Virus record (IMG/VR): IMGVR_UViG_3300023210_000017 | Coordinates: 29,689 to 93,688 of that record | DNA: 64,000 nt | From: a virus | Reading direction: 5' to 3' (one strand) | Shown: positions 56,779-63,986 of the stretch, in pieces | Numbering within the stretch: the first letter of the stretch is position 1 | Layout: the number at the start of each line of letters is the position of its first letter | The notes under the pieces: generated by a model | Databases searched by the model: none | The model's input: only the letters and a program-made list of their open reading frames with translations | What the model was told of the DNA's origin: nothing | Made by a program: the position numbers and the translations under genes

Positions 56779-57462
56779 TTATTGTTCATATTTGATTATA
56801 CAATCTTTTACATATTGTAAATCATTTTCTATAAAGGATTCTTCAAACATACCCATAGGAGATTTACAAGTGTTGTTCCCGTCAGTTTGTGTTTCAAATC
56901 CATATTGTAATACACCATCATCATCTTTAATAACTTTACCAAATAACACAATGGAGAATAATCCTTCCAAAGTTAAAGCATTATCTATCATTTTACCAAC
57001 AGTTTTTGCTTTTACTCTTCTACGACCATTCATATCAGTTGATTCTTCTGAATGAGTTAGAAAAAATATATATAAATCATCTCTCAAGTCTTTTGGCATT
57101 TTTGCTACCTGGGCTAGGTTAGAAGCTATTGAGGTAAATTTATCATATCCTTTTTCATTTGCTTTATCAAAATACTCAAAAGCGGACATATATTGCCAAT
57201 CATCTACAACTAAATTAGTTATATGAGGCATTTTATCATTAACATGTTGAATAGCTTTTATAATTCCAGCAGCTGATGACGCATTTGTCATATTACCTTT
57301 AGGATTATCTTTGCTAATTAACGTATAATCTTTTCTCCAACCCTTAAATGGTAAAGGTTTGTTTGCTATATTAATCCAAAAAGTTTCTTTTGAATCTAAA
57401 GTTCTACCTGATGTAGATTTACCAGAGCCTGACTCTGCTATTACTAATGTGCTTTGCGCCAT
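56779..57462 (-). CDS. Sak4-like / AAA_24 recombination ATPase
   Basis: ESGSGKST, VVDDWQY, FLTH, 'KTVGKMID...LEGLFSIVL' and 'KSPMGMF'. Confidence 0.85.
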   Translation of the reverse strand: MAQSTLVIAESGSGKSTSGRTLDSKETFWINIANKPLPFKGWRKDYTLISKDNPKGNMTNASSAAGIIKAIQHVNDKMPHITNLVVDDWQYMSAFEYFDKANEKGYDKFTSIASNLAQVAKMPKDLRDDLYIFFLTHSEESTDMNGRRRVKAKTVGKMIDNALTLEGLFSIVLFGKVIKDDDGVLQYGFETQTDGNNTCKSPMGMFEESFIENDLQYVKDCIIKYEQ

Positions 57463-57464
57463 AT

Positions 57465-57992
57465 TTATTTATTTATTGATTTTGCTATTGATTCTAATGC
57501 TATTGCTATTCTTTTTAACCATTCTTGGTTACCTTCAATAATATCATCCGGATTTGGCAAATCATCTATTTTTAAAATAGAGGCTACCTTACCTCTTGAT
57601 GTAACATCATTTATTATCCTTAATTCATTTACTGGAATAAGATGTCTTTCAAATCCTGAGTTACTAGTTACAAGCTCATATTCTTCTTTCCAATGAGGAT
57701 TATACTTATATAGGTATAAAGTTCTTTTTGGATCTTCAGAGTCATATGCTATGCTTACAAATTCTGTATATATTTCACCGCCTTTTTCTAGTTCACTAGG
57801 AAAAAAGGATATATGCAAATCATCTTTGCCCGATGGTCTATATGCCATTTTTGGTATATATAAAGCATCAGTTTCATCAATAGTTTGAAAATACTCTTCA
57901 TGCTCTTTTCTTAATTTTGCAACTTTTTCTTTTCTTTCAGTTGGTGTCATATTTGCATTTGTTATATTTTTTTTATTTTTAGTACTTATCAT
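57465..57992 (-). CDS. Hypothetical protein (175 aa)
   Basis: Translationally coupled to the helicase (ATGA overlap); no recognisable motif. Confidence 0.7.
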   Translation of the reverse strand: MISTKNKKNITNANMTPTERKEKVAKLRKEHEEYFQTIDETDALYIPKMAYRPSGKDDLHISFFPSELEKGGEIYTEFVSIAYDSEDPKRTLYLYKYNPHWKEEYELVTSNSGFERHLIPVNELRIINDVTSRGKVASILKIDDLPNPDDIIEGNQEWLKRIAIALESIAKSINK

Positions 57993-58942
57993 CTTCTATC
58001 TTGTTGGTCTGGTGTTTTCATTTCAGCTATTTGCATTTTTTCAAATTCACCTCTAAAAAAACTCATTCTTGCATCTCCATTTCTTGCTTTAAGAAAGTGT
58101 AATACAAGAGTTCTATCATCTTTTATTATATATCTATCAGGCCCATAAAATCTAATTTTTTGTTTTGCAGGTCTGTTTATACCAATTAATGTATCAGCAT
58201 GTTGTAACATTGCATCTGAACCAAATATATCTGATTCAAGAACGTAGTTACCATATTTACCATCTACAGCTCTATCAGGATTATCAATATTCCTATTAAG
58301 CTGAGATAATGCAATAAATAAACAAGGGTAATCTCTTTTAGCTTGAGTAAAAAACTCACCTAACTCAAATAGCATGTCTAATCTATTATTTTGATATGGA
58401 GCTCTCTTTACAAGTATTGTATGATCTAACGTTACCATAGTCTTTTTACCTTTATGAAAGTTCATATACATATCTAATTGATCTCTCATTTGATTAACTG
58501 TCATAGGAGTACTAATTATATCAACCGGATGCTTCACTCTTTCTTTTGCATATTGATGGCAATTGTTGATAGTATCGCTTGATACTACACTACCTGCACT
58601 ACAAAGTTCTTTATAAGTTTTTCCTGTTAAAGAACTAAATTCTCTAATTGCTGAAGTTCTTCCAACCATTTCAAATTGAAATTCTAAAACTCTAAAATCA
58701 TCATTGGGATTTAAATCAAATGATTCTCTTATAATCTGATCTTTAATTAAAGTTTTACCTGAGCCAGGTCTTCCGCCAATTACAGTAAGAGTATTCCACT
58801 CTAATCCATCTGTAGTAGCATCATTAAACTTTGGCCAAGGTGTATATATAGACTTTTCTTCTCCAGTCTGTCTTTTCATCATATATTGCAATGCTTCATT
58901 AAAAGCACTGTATTGACCATTCCAGGCTTGTTTATCACTCAT
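57989..58942 (-). CDS. dnaB: DnaB-like replicative helicase (C-terminal ATPase domain only)
   Basis: GGRPGSGKT, FEM, LDH, ALSQLNR, ESD..GSD and KARNG. Confidence 0.9.
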   Translation of the reverse strand: MSDKQAWNGQYSAFNEALQYMMKRQTGEEKSIYTPWPKFNDATTDGLEWNTLTVIGGRPGSGKTLIKDQIIRESFDLNPNDDFRVLEFQFEMVGRTSAIREFSSLTGKTYKELCSAGSVVSSDTINNCHQYAKERVKHPVDIISTPMTVNQMRDQLDMYMNFHKGKKTMVTLDHTILVKRAPYQNNRLDMLFELGEFFTQAKRDYPCLFIALSQLNRNIDNPDRAVDGKYGNYVLESDIFGSDAMLQHADTLIGINRPAKQKIRFYGPDRYIIKDDRTLVLHFLKARNGDARMSFFRGEFEKMQIAEMKTPDQQDRR

Positions 58943-59520
58943 ACTATTTTTTCTTTAAAATAATCTTCTTCTGTAGTAACTCCATCTTTAATCATATCAC
59001 AGTAATCTGCAAGTTTTGATGTCTTTACTTTATGCTTATCTTGTTTAGAAATGAAATATTGACTATTCTGCATATACATATACTCTTTATCTCTATATTC
59101 ATTTACATACATTTTAGCTGCTTTTATAACATCTTCCCAGGTATAATCATATTCTGCAAAAAACCATCTAAAATTTTCAGTTAGTATTTTTACATTGTTT
59201 CTAGCTGGGACCCCAGATGGTAATTTAATTGCAGGAAATATTTCCCTGTATTGACTAATATTTAATTTACCACTTTTACCCAATAATTGAGCATTGGTCT
59301 TTTTCTTATTTATAAGGAAGTAATTATCAAGTGTAACAATAATTTTTTTACCTTCTGGAGTTATAGATTTATCTTCATGTATATATCCTTCTTCAAATAA
59401 AGCTGATAAATCAGCAGCTCCACAATTTAAAGGCGTGATATCTTCATTAAATGCAAATAATATTAAGCATTGATCTGGTGTTATTTTATATTTCTGTATT
59501 TTTTGGAATAGTTCCCACAT
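58939..59520 (-). CDS. Putative replication initiator / helicase-loader-like protein
   Basis: N-terminal wHTH-like segment ('LFEEGYI...ITPEG') and a helical C-terminal domain ('FP...WEDVIKAAKMYV...YM.NSQYFI'); coupled to the helicase gene. Confidence 0.5.
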   Translation of the reverse strand: MWELFQKIQKYKITPDQCLILFAFNEDITPLNCGAADLSALFEEGYIHEDKSITPEGKKIIVTLDNYFLINKKKTNAQLLGKSGKLNISQYREIFPAIKLPSGVPARNNVKILTENFRWFFAEYDYTWEDVIKAAKMYVNEYRDKEYMYMQNSQYFISKQDKHKVKTSKLADYCDMIKDGVTTEEDYFKEKIV

Positions 59521-59974
59521 AATCTTTTAATTTATTAAGTAATAAGTTATATCCAGTCATAAAAGTTTCATCATTACTCCAAATATAAGCTTCTGATCTA
59601 TTAATTGAATTTATAGCAGTAGCATGATTTTTGTGTAAAAATTCACCAATAAGCGTGGGCCCAAAGTTTAATTCTTTATTAGCTATATGAGAAAATGCAT
59701 GCATATAAGTTATCCATGTTCTCTTTCTAGTTTTTTTTTGTAAAAAAGTATATTCTAGATATTCAGGATCATTTTCTGCTACAACTTCAATTAATAAAGC
59801 CCATAATTCTTTTAATGATATAATTCTATTTTGATTTGGATTAACCGGTACAGAAACTACATATAATTTAACATTGTGTATATTGAACATTTTACTTCTA
59901 AAATTAGAAATTTCTAATTCAACTTGTTCTTGAGAAGTTAATTTTATTTTTTGACTTTCTTTTAGTTTAATCAT
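59486..59974 (-). CDS. Protein with a DnaA domain IV (Bac_DnaA_C)-like HTH
   Basis: 'KTRKR...HAFSHIA...PTLIGEFLHKNHATAINSINR' resembles the DnaA signature IG..F..RDHTTV. Confidence 0.65.
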   Translation of the reverse strand: MIKLKESQKIKLTSQEQVELEISNFRSKMFNIHNVKLYVVSVPVNPNQNRIISLKELWALLIEVVAENDPEYLEYTFLQKKTRKRTWITYMHAFSHIANKELNFGPTLIGEFLHKNHATAINSINRSEAYIWSNDETFMTGYNLLLNKLKDYVGTIPKNTEI

Positions 59975-59989
59975 ATTGATTTAAGTTTG

Positions 59990-59999
59990 TAAATATACA
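59990..59999 (-). promoter_or_regulatory. Putative promoter TGTATATTTA
   Basis: 15 nt upstream of ATG 59974 and identical to the - strand motif at 35769-35778. Confidence 0.55.
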
Positions 60000-60013
60000 A
60001 ATTATAACATTCT

Positions 60014-60712
60014 TTACCAAAGAATAGGACTTCTGTTTTGCTCTTGTAATATCACATTTATTTTATAAAATATATTATCACAATCCCATTTTCCACCATT
60101 ATATGCAGCAGATGCAGGATGTGGTATTTTAAATATTTTTTGATTATGGAGTCTTAAATGCCATTCTTCAGCTTTAACACCAAACAATACTACAGGTATT
60201 CCATCAAGATCATCATTTATCTCACTTAATATTAATTTAATTATAGGCTTCCATAAATCATGATGACTTCCTATTTTACCTATTTGAACAGTAAGCGCAG
60301 TATTAAGCAATAAAACTCCTTGATTAGACCATCTTTTAAGATCTGGATTAAGACTATCCCATTGACTTCCATTTAATTCTTTAAATATATAGCGTAATGG
60401 AGGTTGTATTGTTTTTGTCTTAGAACAACTAAAGGCAATGCCATCAGCTACTCCTAATTCTGGATAAGGATCTTGACTTATAAATATTGTTTTTAATTTA
60501 TTATAAGGACATTCTTCAAATGCTTTAAATATATCTTTTATTTTAGGTGTAAATCTTTTGTTATTTTTTACTTCTGTTTTAAGAAAATATATAACTTCAT
60601 CAAATCTATCACTATTTATAATTGGTTCTAATAAAAACATCCAACCTGATGTTTTTAACCCATCACACAACATTTTTTTTATATTTGGTATGTTTATCTC
60701 ATTTTTATTCAT
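60014..60712 (-). CDS. ung: Uracil-DNA glycosylase, family 1
   Basis: SQDPYP (GQDPY motif), ADGIAFS, WSNQGVLLLNTALTV and PHPAS. Confidence 0.9.
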   Translation of the reverse strand: MNKNEINIPNIKKMLCDGLKTSGWMFLLEPIINSDRFDEVIYFLKTEVKNNKRFTPKIKDIFKAFEECPYNKLKTIFISQDPYPELGVADGIAFSCSKTKTIQPPLRYIFKELNGSQWDSLNPDLKRWSNQGVLLLNTALTVQIGKIGSHHDLWKPIIKLILSEINDDLDGIPVVLFGVKAEEWHLRLHNQKIFKIPHPASAAYNGGKWDCDNIFYKINVILQEQNRSPILW

Positions 60713-60719
60713 AAATTTG
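60712..60719 (+). promoter_or_regulatory. Bacteroidota -7 promoter element TAAATTTG
   Basis: Exact TAnnTTTG match about 18 nt upstream of ATG 60738. Confidence 0.45.
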
Positions 60720-60737
60720 ACTATTAAAATAATTATT

Positions 60738-61175
60738 ATGGCTGATAAAGAAAAAAAAGAAAGAGTTGCATTACACGATACTATAGACTATACTAAAATG
60801 CTTACTGAATTAAGTATTGGATCTTCTTATATTTTTGCATTGGAGCAATTAATGATGTATCATATTATGAGATTGGATAATCCCGGAGAATCTCCACTTA
60901 TATTTGCTAAATTTGAAAAATACGTATTAGGTGAAGCGGATTTAGAAGCAGATCCTTGGTCTGAAATTGAAATGCATTTATTTACAATATTTTCATTACA
61001 ACAAATGCTTAAAGCAAGAGCTTATCAAATGGGATTTAATACCAAAAATGAAGCTACACTTGATCAAGATTTAGTTGATGAATTAATGACTGCTACATTT
61101 AAGCAAGATGCTGATAAAATAAATGAAATAAATGAAAGAATAGAAGAATCCATCAAAGAACAACAATCATCTTAA
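60738..61175 (+). CDS. Hypothetical helical protein (145 aa; real start probably ATG 60738), lone + strand gene
   Basis: The 5' part of the track ORF overlaps ung antisense. ATG 60738 has an A-rich leader and a promoter motif. Confidence 0.7.
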   Translation: MADKEKKERVALHDTIDYTKMLTELSIGSSYIFALEQLMMYHIMRLDNPGESPLIFAKFEKYVLGEADLEADPWSEIEMHLFTIFSLQQMLKARAYQMGFNTKNEATLDQDLVDELMTATFKQDADKINEINERIEESIKEQQSS

Positions 61176-61550
61176 TTGGACTCCACTAAAATCACCTATT
61201 TCAATACAAGCTTGTATAGCTAGATTTAAATCATCTTTATCACAATCTGCAAAAGATTTGCAATATTCTGTATTATTTCTTGTAAAGCATAATCCCGCTG
61301 TTCTTTTTACTTGTAATTTAATTTCTTCAAATGTATATCCAATATCATTTGCTAATTGTCTAATCATAGCATGAATTCTTGCTAATTGTGGATTACTACC
61401 TTTATCTGTAGTAACTCCTATAAACATTTCTAATTTTGCATCATTTGGTAAATTTTTAAGAAATGTATTTAATTTAGTTTCTTGAGCTTTCATTGGAAAA
61501 CTAAGCTTTCCATCTTTGACGGAGAGCTTTATAAAAATGTTATCCTTCAT
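61167..61550 (-). CDS. NinB/YbcN-like recombination accessory protein
   Basis: 'GSNPQLARIHAMIRQLANDIGYTFEEIKLQVK...KSFADCDKDDL...IQAC'. Confidence 0.55.
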   Translation of the reverse strand: MKDNIFIKLSVKDGKLSFPMKAQETKLNTFLKNLPNDAKLEMFIGVTTDKGSNPQLARIHAMIRQLANDIGYTFEEIKLQVKRTAGLCFTRNNTEYCKSFADCDKDDLNLAIQACIEIGDFSGVQLR

Positions 61551-62130
61551 ATAAATCTATTATTGCTCCACTTGTTAAGGTGTATAAAACACATTTTAAT
61601 TCAGCTTTATCAAGAATATTATTTACCCATGTATTACAAGTATTTAATGCATTATAAGATCCTTTAGCTTTATAAAATTTAGTATTGTTATATTTTAATA
61701 TAGGGTTAGAATTAAATTCTTTATCATTAAAAAATGAATTATTGATTTCTTCTTTTACAATTAAATATTGTTTTTTAGAGCAATTAACTTTTACCCAATT
61801 TGTATTTATTCTATAAGAATCTATTACACGCATTAAACTTTCCGGTTCTGTAAATAAAGCTTTGAATGCAATTCCGCATGTTAAATCATCCCAAGTCTCA
61901 ACCTCTGTAAAAAAGATTTTTGATCCCCAACCATATGCTTTATAACGTCCTTCTTCATATAGTATAATGTCAATATGTCTTCCGTTATCTGATAAATAAA
62001 ATTCTGCTTCTGTTGAAGAACTATGAGAATTTATTGAAATATAATGTGGGATAATTATTATTAAAGAAATAATAGTAATTAATCCAACTGTAATGTATAA
62101 TATTTTTAATAATTTCTTTAAATATTTCAT
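61540..62130 (-). CDS. DUF2459 (TIGR02117)-like membrane-anchored protein with a permuted papain-like fold
   Basis: N-terminal TM helix, 'NGRHIDII', 'YGWGSKIFF...TWDDL' and 'FYKAKGSYNALNTCNTWV'. Confidence 0.75.
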   Translation of the reverse strand: MKYLKKLLKILYITVGLITIISLIIIIPHYISINSHSSSTEAEFYLSDNGRHIDIILYEEGRYKAYGWGSKIFFTEVETWDDLTCGIAFKALFTEPESLMRVIDSYRINTNWVKVNCSKKQYLIVKEEINNSFFNDKEFNSNPILKYNNTKFYKAKGSYNALNTCNTWVNNILDKAELKCVLYTLTSGAIIDLYEG

Positions 62131-62236
62131 TTTTTAATTAATACTTTTATTTTAAACTTTTTTAAAAATTTTTTTCTTTTTATTCTCATATATCTATTTA
62201 TGAGCTCATCTATGTTGTCATTCTTTTTCACACTAA

Positions 62237-62494
62237 TCAGGTTAGATAATCAATATAAGGATTTTCTCCTGATTTTTTTAATTTTTTTAACTCTTCCTTC
62301 CACTTTTCTATTTCTTTATCTTTATTTATAATCATATCTGCCAACATCTTGTTCTGAGCTATTATATCATCTGCTATGGCACATGTATTTTTAAGATTTT
62401 CTAATACTTCCATTTGTCTAGCAGTTGCTCCGTGAAATATCACATGTCCAAACTCTGGATGATCTACTTTTATTTCTTTTCTTTTATCTTTCAT
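62237..62494 (-). CDS. Hypothetical coiled-coil protein (85 aa)
   Basis: Starts within the junction repeat; C-terminal coiled coil. Confidence 0.65.
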   Translation of the reverse strand: MKDKRKEIKVDHPEFGHVIFHGATARQMEVLENLKNTCAIADDIIAQNKMLADMIINKDKEIEKWKEELKKLKKSGENPYIDYLT

Positions 62495-62738
62495 CTTCTT
62501 TGTTTTGGTTTAATAAATTAATTAGCTCAGTCAGTGACTTAACATCCCTGAACTTTATTCTTGGGTTACAGTCAAAGGATAATTCTATAGACCACTCATC
62601 ATTCTTAATTTCATCATCAGCATCTGTGATGCCATACAAGCCTTCTACTATATTCAATGTATAATAATAGTATGGGCTTTCTTCATCTTCTTCTATATGC
62701 TTTTCAAAGCCTAGTGATATTAATTCTTGTTCAGTCAT
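62484..62738 (-). CDS. Hypothetical acidic protein (84 aa)
   Basis: MTEQELISLGFEK... ending in LNQNKDER; flanked by junction repeats. Confidence 0.7.
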   Translation of the reverse strand: MTEQELISLGFEKHIEEDEESPYYYYTLNIVEGLYGITDADDEIKNDEWSIELSFDCNPRIKFRDVKSLTELINLLNQNKEDER

Positions 62739-63153
62739 TTTTGTTTTGGTTTAATTTATTTTTAACTCTTTCTGATATAGGTATAGCATCGCCATCACCA
62801 TCTACTCTAACAAACTTTATGTTAGTTGTTAATACTGATGTTTGTTTTCCTGTATATACGCTATGTGCTCTACACTCTAATAATAGAGTTACAGATGTAG
62901 TTCCAAACTCGTATACTTTACCATAGATTTTTAGTAGTTGACCTTCTTTGGATGCTTTTTTAAACAAACATTCATCTATCTTTATTGTAACCATTCTTGG
63001 GGTATCACATACTTGAGCTGCGAATGCTGCTCCTGCTGCATCTAACCACGCTAATAGTTTACCACCAAAAAGTTTTCCATGAAACCCTAAGTCTGATTTC
63101 TTGATCGGGTGTGTGGATATTAATTGAAATTCTTCTAATTCTTGTTCAGTCAT
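62731..63153 (-). CDS. Acyl-CoA thioesterase (hotdog fold, YciA-like)
   Basis: 'DLGFHGKLFGGKLLAWLDAAG', 'VTIKID...F', 'GTTSV' and 'FVRVD..G.AIPI'. Confidence 0.88.
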   Translation of the reverse strand: MTEQELEEFQLISTHPIKKSDLGFHGKLFGGKLLAWLDAAGAAFAAQVCDTPRMVTIKIDECLFKKASKEGQLLKIYGKVYEFGTTSVTLLLECRAHSVYTGKQTSVLTTNIKFVRVDGDGDAIPISERVKNKLNQNKND

Positions 63154-63180
63154 TTTTTTTGCTTTATAGGTTTAACACAT

Positions 63181-63333
63181 TCATCCTTGTTTTGCTTTAT
63201 ATGATAATGATATTCCTACACTCATCCACCCAACTATAAATTCATACTCTCCGTTAAGAGTTCTGTCATACGTTATCTTAATGTAAGGTAACACATGAAA
63301 CTGTCCTACTATACTGTGCTTACTTATCTTCAT
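63181..63333 (-). CDS. Small beta-strand-rich hypothetical protein (50 aa; not in ORF track)
   Basis: MKISKHSIVGQFHVLPYIKITYDRTLNGEYEFIVGWMSVGISLSYKAKQG*. Confidence 0.65.
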   Translation of the reverse strand: MKISKHSIVGQFHVLPYIKITYDRTLNGEYEFIVGWMSVGISLSYKAKQG

Positions 63334-63430
63334 GCTCCTCAATTATTTTTATAATTTCTTCTAATATTGATTCATCTAGTATGTTGAGTATTTGTTCAAG
63401 TACCTCAAGCCTTAGTTCATTTATGTCCAT
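63320..63430 (-). CDS. 36-aa amphipathic helical peptide (not in ORF track)
   Basis: MDINELRLEVLEQILNILDESILEEIIKIIEEHEDK*; its start lies in a junction repeat. Confidence 0.55.
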   Translation of the reverse strand: MDINELRLEVLEQILNILDESILEEIIKIIEEHEDK

Positions 63431-63465
63431 CTTTGTTTTGGTTTAGTTTTTTCAATTGCACTACT

Positions 63466-63502
63466 AAATGCTTTTTACCCCTTTAAAATGCTTTTTACCC
63501 CT
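63466..63502. repeat. 17-bp tandem direct repeat AAATGCTTTTTACCCCT, 20-bp period
   Basis: Copies at 63466-63482 and 63486-63502 in a non-coding gap. Confidence 0.85.
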
Positions 63503-63628
63503 AAAAGTGTAGTATAAAGCACTATAGTAGCAATTTCTACAACTACTTAGTATCTTTTGTTACTGGAGTAGCTATTGATTTTGTAAACAAATCTGTTTAC
63601 TTTTATATGGTTTTGTAAAGACAGCTCC

Positions 63629-63826
63629 TTACTTATTTTTTATCCAGGGATACCATTTATTAGTTATTAATATAAATAATAGAAAAGTACAAGTTGATCT
63701 AAGATAATTATTTGGAATAAGGTCATAAATAATCTCACGACATCCAAACCAAATTAACATCAATAACCCTATAGTTAACCCTGTATAAAATAAATTTGTT
63801 ATTATAGTATATAATTTTTCACTCAT
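63629..63826 (-). CDS. Small two-TM membrane protein (65 aa)
   Basis: Two hydrophobic helices; its start lies in a junction repeat. Confidence 0.65.
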   Translation of the reverse strand: MSEKLYTIITNLFYTGLTIGLLMLIWFGCREIIYDLIPNNYLRSTCTFLLFILITNKWYPWIKNK

Positions 63827-63986
63827 CTTTGTTTTGGTTTAATCCATGCAATCTTTCTAATATGTATTGCACTAATGGACTTGATGTAATCTTACCTCCT
63901 GCACCTATTGGATTCAATACTTGGGGATTCTCTTTAATGAACTCTAACATTTGTTCTAATTCATCTTTTCTAAATGGGTTATTCAT
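63819..63986 (-). CDS. Hypothetical protein (55 aa; not in ORF track)
   Basis: MNNPFRKDELEQMLEFIKENPQVLNPIGAGGKITSSPLVQYILERLHGLNQNKDE*; both ends lie in junction repeats. Confidence 0.65.
   Translation of the reverse strand: MNNPFRKDELEQMLEFIKENPQVLNPIGAGGKITSSPLVQYILERLHGLNQNKDE

Noticed and set aside
60558-60737. 5' extension of the + strand ORF, and the GTG start at 5627
   Set aside because: Both overlap neighbouring genes. The downstream ATGs (60738, 5651) have typical spacing and leaders.
134-62926. Short antisense or alternate-frame ORFs in the track (e.g. 3838-4167, 24117-24722, 39387-39740, 56792-57055)
   Set aside because: They are shadows of long genes with clear motifs, and their composition is what the reverse complement of those genes would give.
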